Origin: Candidatus Stoquefichus sp. SB1
GTDB taxonomy: Bacteria > Bacillota_I > Bacilli_A > Erysipelotrichales > Coprobacillaceae
Direction: 5' to 3'
DNA length: 32,000 nucleotides
NCBI RefSeq assembly: GCF_001244545.1
Contig: NZ_LN852694.1
Span: 619,747 to 651,746, forward strand
Shown here: positions 29,777-32,000 of the stretch, piece after piece
Layout: every line of letters starts with the position of its first letter
How positions within the stretch are numbered: position 1 is the first letter of the stretch
Position numbers and translations under genes: made by a program
Notes under the pieces: generated by a model
What the model was told of the DNA's origin: nothing
Databases searched by the model: none
What the model saw: the letters and a program-made list of their open reading frames with translations, nothing else

Positions 29777-30146
29777 TTTAAGCGAAAAAGCTAAACGATG
29801 CATCTAGCATACATTTAGCTTTTTCTTATCCTGCGACAAGATTTTTAAATCGATTTAATCTGTCATATATTCCTTGCTATAAGAAGCCAGGTCCATTTAG
29901 GCTAAGTCACAACAAGAAATATATCTTCCATATACCAACATGTTTGCTGATGAGAAAAATCCCTTTCGTATTTTTTATTTTTTTGAGTTCATTTTCTTTA
30001 TTTAAGAGTGTATTTGTTGATATATGGGTCATATCTTTAAAGACAAGTCAATTATAATATGTATTTAGACAAAATGGAACCATTACTCACAAAACAAGCA
30101 ATATTATCATGAATTCATGACGGATTCGTCAAAAAAATATGACATA

Positions 30147-30190
30147 AAAAGTTGCAACATGTATTGTTACAACTTTTTATGTCGCTATTT
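30147..30190. terminator. Bidirectional intrinsic terminator at the 3' end of the XRE gene
   Basis: GACATAAAAAGTTGcAACA tgtat TGTTaCAACTTTTTATGTC, near-perfect 19-bp arms; overlaps the last codons/stop of the minus-strand ORF. Confidence 0.75.
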
Positions 30191-30442
30191 GTCTTTTGTC
30201 TTTTCCATTAAAGATTTGATATCACCAAAATATGCATTCTTTTCATCAACATTTTCACAAATATAGTCTAAAGATGCATTATAGAAACGTGAAAAGCGAA
30301 TAAGTTTTCCTAAAGAAGGAGTTCTTTGATTAGATTCATATTGTGAAACAATGGGTTTAGACATTTTCAATGTTTCAGCAACTTGTTTCTGTGATAATCC
30401 AGCTTCAACTCTCAATATTCTTAATCTTTCTCCAATACTCAT
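30185..30442 (-). CDS. XRE-family helix-turn-helix transcriptional regulator
   Basis: MSIGERLRILRVEAGLSQKQVAETLKMSKPIVSQYESNQRTPSLGKLIRFSRFYNASLDYIC; start at 30442 with upstream GGTGGTG is preferred over 30559. Confidence 0.88.
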   Translation of the reverse strand: MSIGERLRILRVEAGLSQKQVAETLKMSKPIVSQYESNQRTPSLGKLIRFSRFYNASLDYICENVDEKNAYFGDIKSLMEKTKDK

Positions 30443-30662
30443 AATTTCACCACCTTGGTGAATATTATACACTAATCTTATTTGCATTAGGGAATTTTCT
30501 TGCATTTTGCAAATGAATTTATAATTCTCTTTTGCAGAAATAATGACAAAATTTAACAAAAATTCTAAAAATACCCTAAAATGGGAGAAAAGTGTAATGA
30601 CGCGGAGAGAATAATTCGATACAATAAATAATGCGTTAGTTCATAAAAGAAGGGGAGGTTTT

Positions 30663-31397
30663 ATGATGAACATAGCGGTTTGTGATGATCAAAGGGATTA
30701 TCTCAATTTAATTCAAAAAAAGATTATTGAATGTTTTCATGAAAAAGAAATCGAATTACAAGTCTACGCATATGCAAGTATAGACGAATTCATAGATAGT
30801 GTAGAAAAACATTCATATCAGTTTGCATTTATTGAAATGAAAATAGAGAATGGAAAGGGAATCGAAGCAGCACAGAGATTGAAAAAAGTGAATCCAGCAT
30901 GTCAAGTTGTCTTTATCAGTGATCAATATAGAAGAGTTACTGAAGCATTTCAAGTTAGAGCTAGAGAATATCTTCTTAAACCAATTAGTACTGATAAATT
31001 TAAAGATGTATTTGAATACTTGATGGATTGGTATTTAGAACAAAATATTAAATTTGTTGTTCCAATTAGAGAAATAGGACGAAAACGCATATTTACAGTC
31101 GATGAAATTAAATATTTCGAAACATATTATAATGATTTAGAAATAGTAACTATTTATGATGAACATTTTATGACACATGTCAAAAACAGATATAAACTTA
31201 GACCAGCACTTAAATCAAGATGGTTTATGCAAGTCAACCAAAGTGTTCTTGTAAATATGAAATGTATAGACTTTTTAACAGATAGAAATGTTATTTTAAA
31301 AACAAGAGAAGTTTTTCCAACGAGTCGAACATCACTGATAAAAAATCATTTATTATATGATGAATTTCTAAGATATATAAATAAGAAAAAGAAATAG
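30663..31397 (+). CDS. LytTR-family response regulator (AgrA/VirR-like)
   Basis: REC domain MNIAVCDDQRDYL...KPIS; LytTR domain VPIREIGRKRIFTVDEIKYFETYYNDLEIVTIYDEHFMTHVKNRYKL...FMQVNQSVLVNMKCI. Confidence 0.92.
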   Translation: MMNIAVCDDQRDYLNLIQKKIIECFHEKEIELQVYAYASIDEFIDSVEKHSYQFAFIEMKIENGKGIEAAQRLKKVNPACQVVFISDQYRRVTEAFQVRAREYLLKPISTDKFKDVFEYLMDWYLEQNIKFVVPIREIGRKRIFTVDEIKYFETYYNDLEIVTIYDEHFMTHVKNRYKLRPALKSRWFMQVNQSVLVNMKCIDFLTDRNVILKTREVFPTSRTSLIKNHLLYDEFLRYINKKKK

Positions 31398-31410
31398 GAA
31401 GGTAAAAAAT

Positions 31411-32000
31411 ATGAAGATTGCAATTTGTGACGATGAAGAATACTATTTAAAAGACATATCTTCACGTATTCATAATTTAGAAAATATATATCAAGATGAG
31501 GTATCACTATATGTAGATACTTTTCAAAATGGTATAGATTTATTAGAATCATTTCAAATAAAAAGATATGATTTAATATATCTTGATATTGAACTTAATG
31601 ATGTAAATGGAGTTAATCTTGCTAAAAAGATTCATGATATTAAACCTAACTGTATGATTATTTTTGTAACAAGTCATATGAGTTATTTTAATCAATCATA
31701 CATAGTTAATGCATTTCAATATATGAAGAAGCCACTGAAAGATAAACTATTTACAAACGAATTAAAACGTGCAGTAAAGAAATATCAATTTTATCAAAAA
31801 ACATTTGTATTTCCTACAAGTGTAGGAAATACAGTTATTAATGTCCATGATATTATCTTTTTAGAAACATTTTATAAAAGATATAAACTATATACAACAA
31901 AAGGTGTTTACTATGGTTCATTGAAACCAATATTAAGTTATCGAGAAGAATTATTAGAATATCATTTCTTTCAAATTCAAAGAAGTTTTACAGTGAATCT
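31411..32000 (+). CDS. Second LytTR-family response regulator (truncated by the window edge)
   Basis: MKIAICDDEEYYLKDISSRIHNLENIY...YDLIYLDIELNDVNGVNLAKKI...MKKPLKDKL...VGNTVINVHDIIFLETFYKRYKLYTTKGVYYGSL. Confidence 0.9.
   Translation, partial: MKIAICDDEEYYLKDISSRIHNLENIYQDEVSLYVDTFQNGIDLLESFQIKRYDLIYLDIELNDVNGVNLAKKIHDIKPNCMIIFVTSHMSYFNQSYIVNAFQYMKKPLKDKLFTNELKRAVKKYQFYQKTFVFPTSVGNTVINVHDIIFLETFYKRYKLYTTKGVYYGSLKPILSYREELLEYHFFQIQRSFTVN

Noticed and set aside
29800-30100. AAGCGAAAAAGCTAAA...TTTAGCTTTTTCTT hairpin and following non-coding stretch as a riboswitch or mobile-element end
   Set aside because: The hairpin can be explained as a second terminator; the remainder has no recognisable aptamer or transposase motif that could be supported by eye.
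1-32000. CRISPR array, toxin-antitoxin, retron or other defence system
   Set aside because: No periodic repeats were found. The only reverse-transcriptase-like sequence is a short group II intron fragment, and the XRE gene has no recognisable toxin partner.

Overview
AT-rich Firmicutes (Erysipelotrichia-like, inferred from codon and repeat style only) window covering most of a capsular/exopolysaccharide locus broken up by mobile-element debris. From left to right: a truncated RmlD C-terminus; a decayed IS110-type transposase; an acyltransferase-3; an apparently intact IS3-family element (orfA/orfB with an A7 slippery site) inserted inside a repeat that has an uninterrupted second copy near 18.9 kb; and three tandem overlapping tyrosine recombinases bounded by palindromic, mutually inverted ends, which fits a RIT (recombinase-in-trio) element. 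Next come a group II intron RT/3'-end remnant and a glycan operon (five GT2 glycosyltransferases, a Wzy-like protein, a Wzx-like flippase), followed by a DegT-family aminotransferase, an opposite-strand hexapeptide acyltransferase, a priming sugar transferase, two paralogous LytR-CpsA-Psr proteins separated by ISL3-type debris, and a sugar nucleotidyltransferase. The right edge has an XRE regulator and two tandem LytTR response regulators. No CRISPR array, rRNA or tRNA was recognised. No clearly novel biochemical system is demonstrable. The strongest candidates for a second look are the RIT-like element with its ends, the nested-repeat insertion site, the non-coding end of the IS110 remnant, the duplicated LCP genes, and a perfect 19-bp-arm inverted repeat upstream of the second LCP gene.
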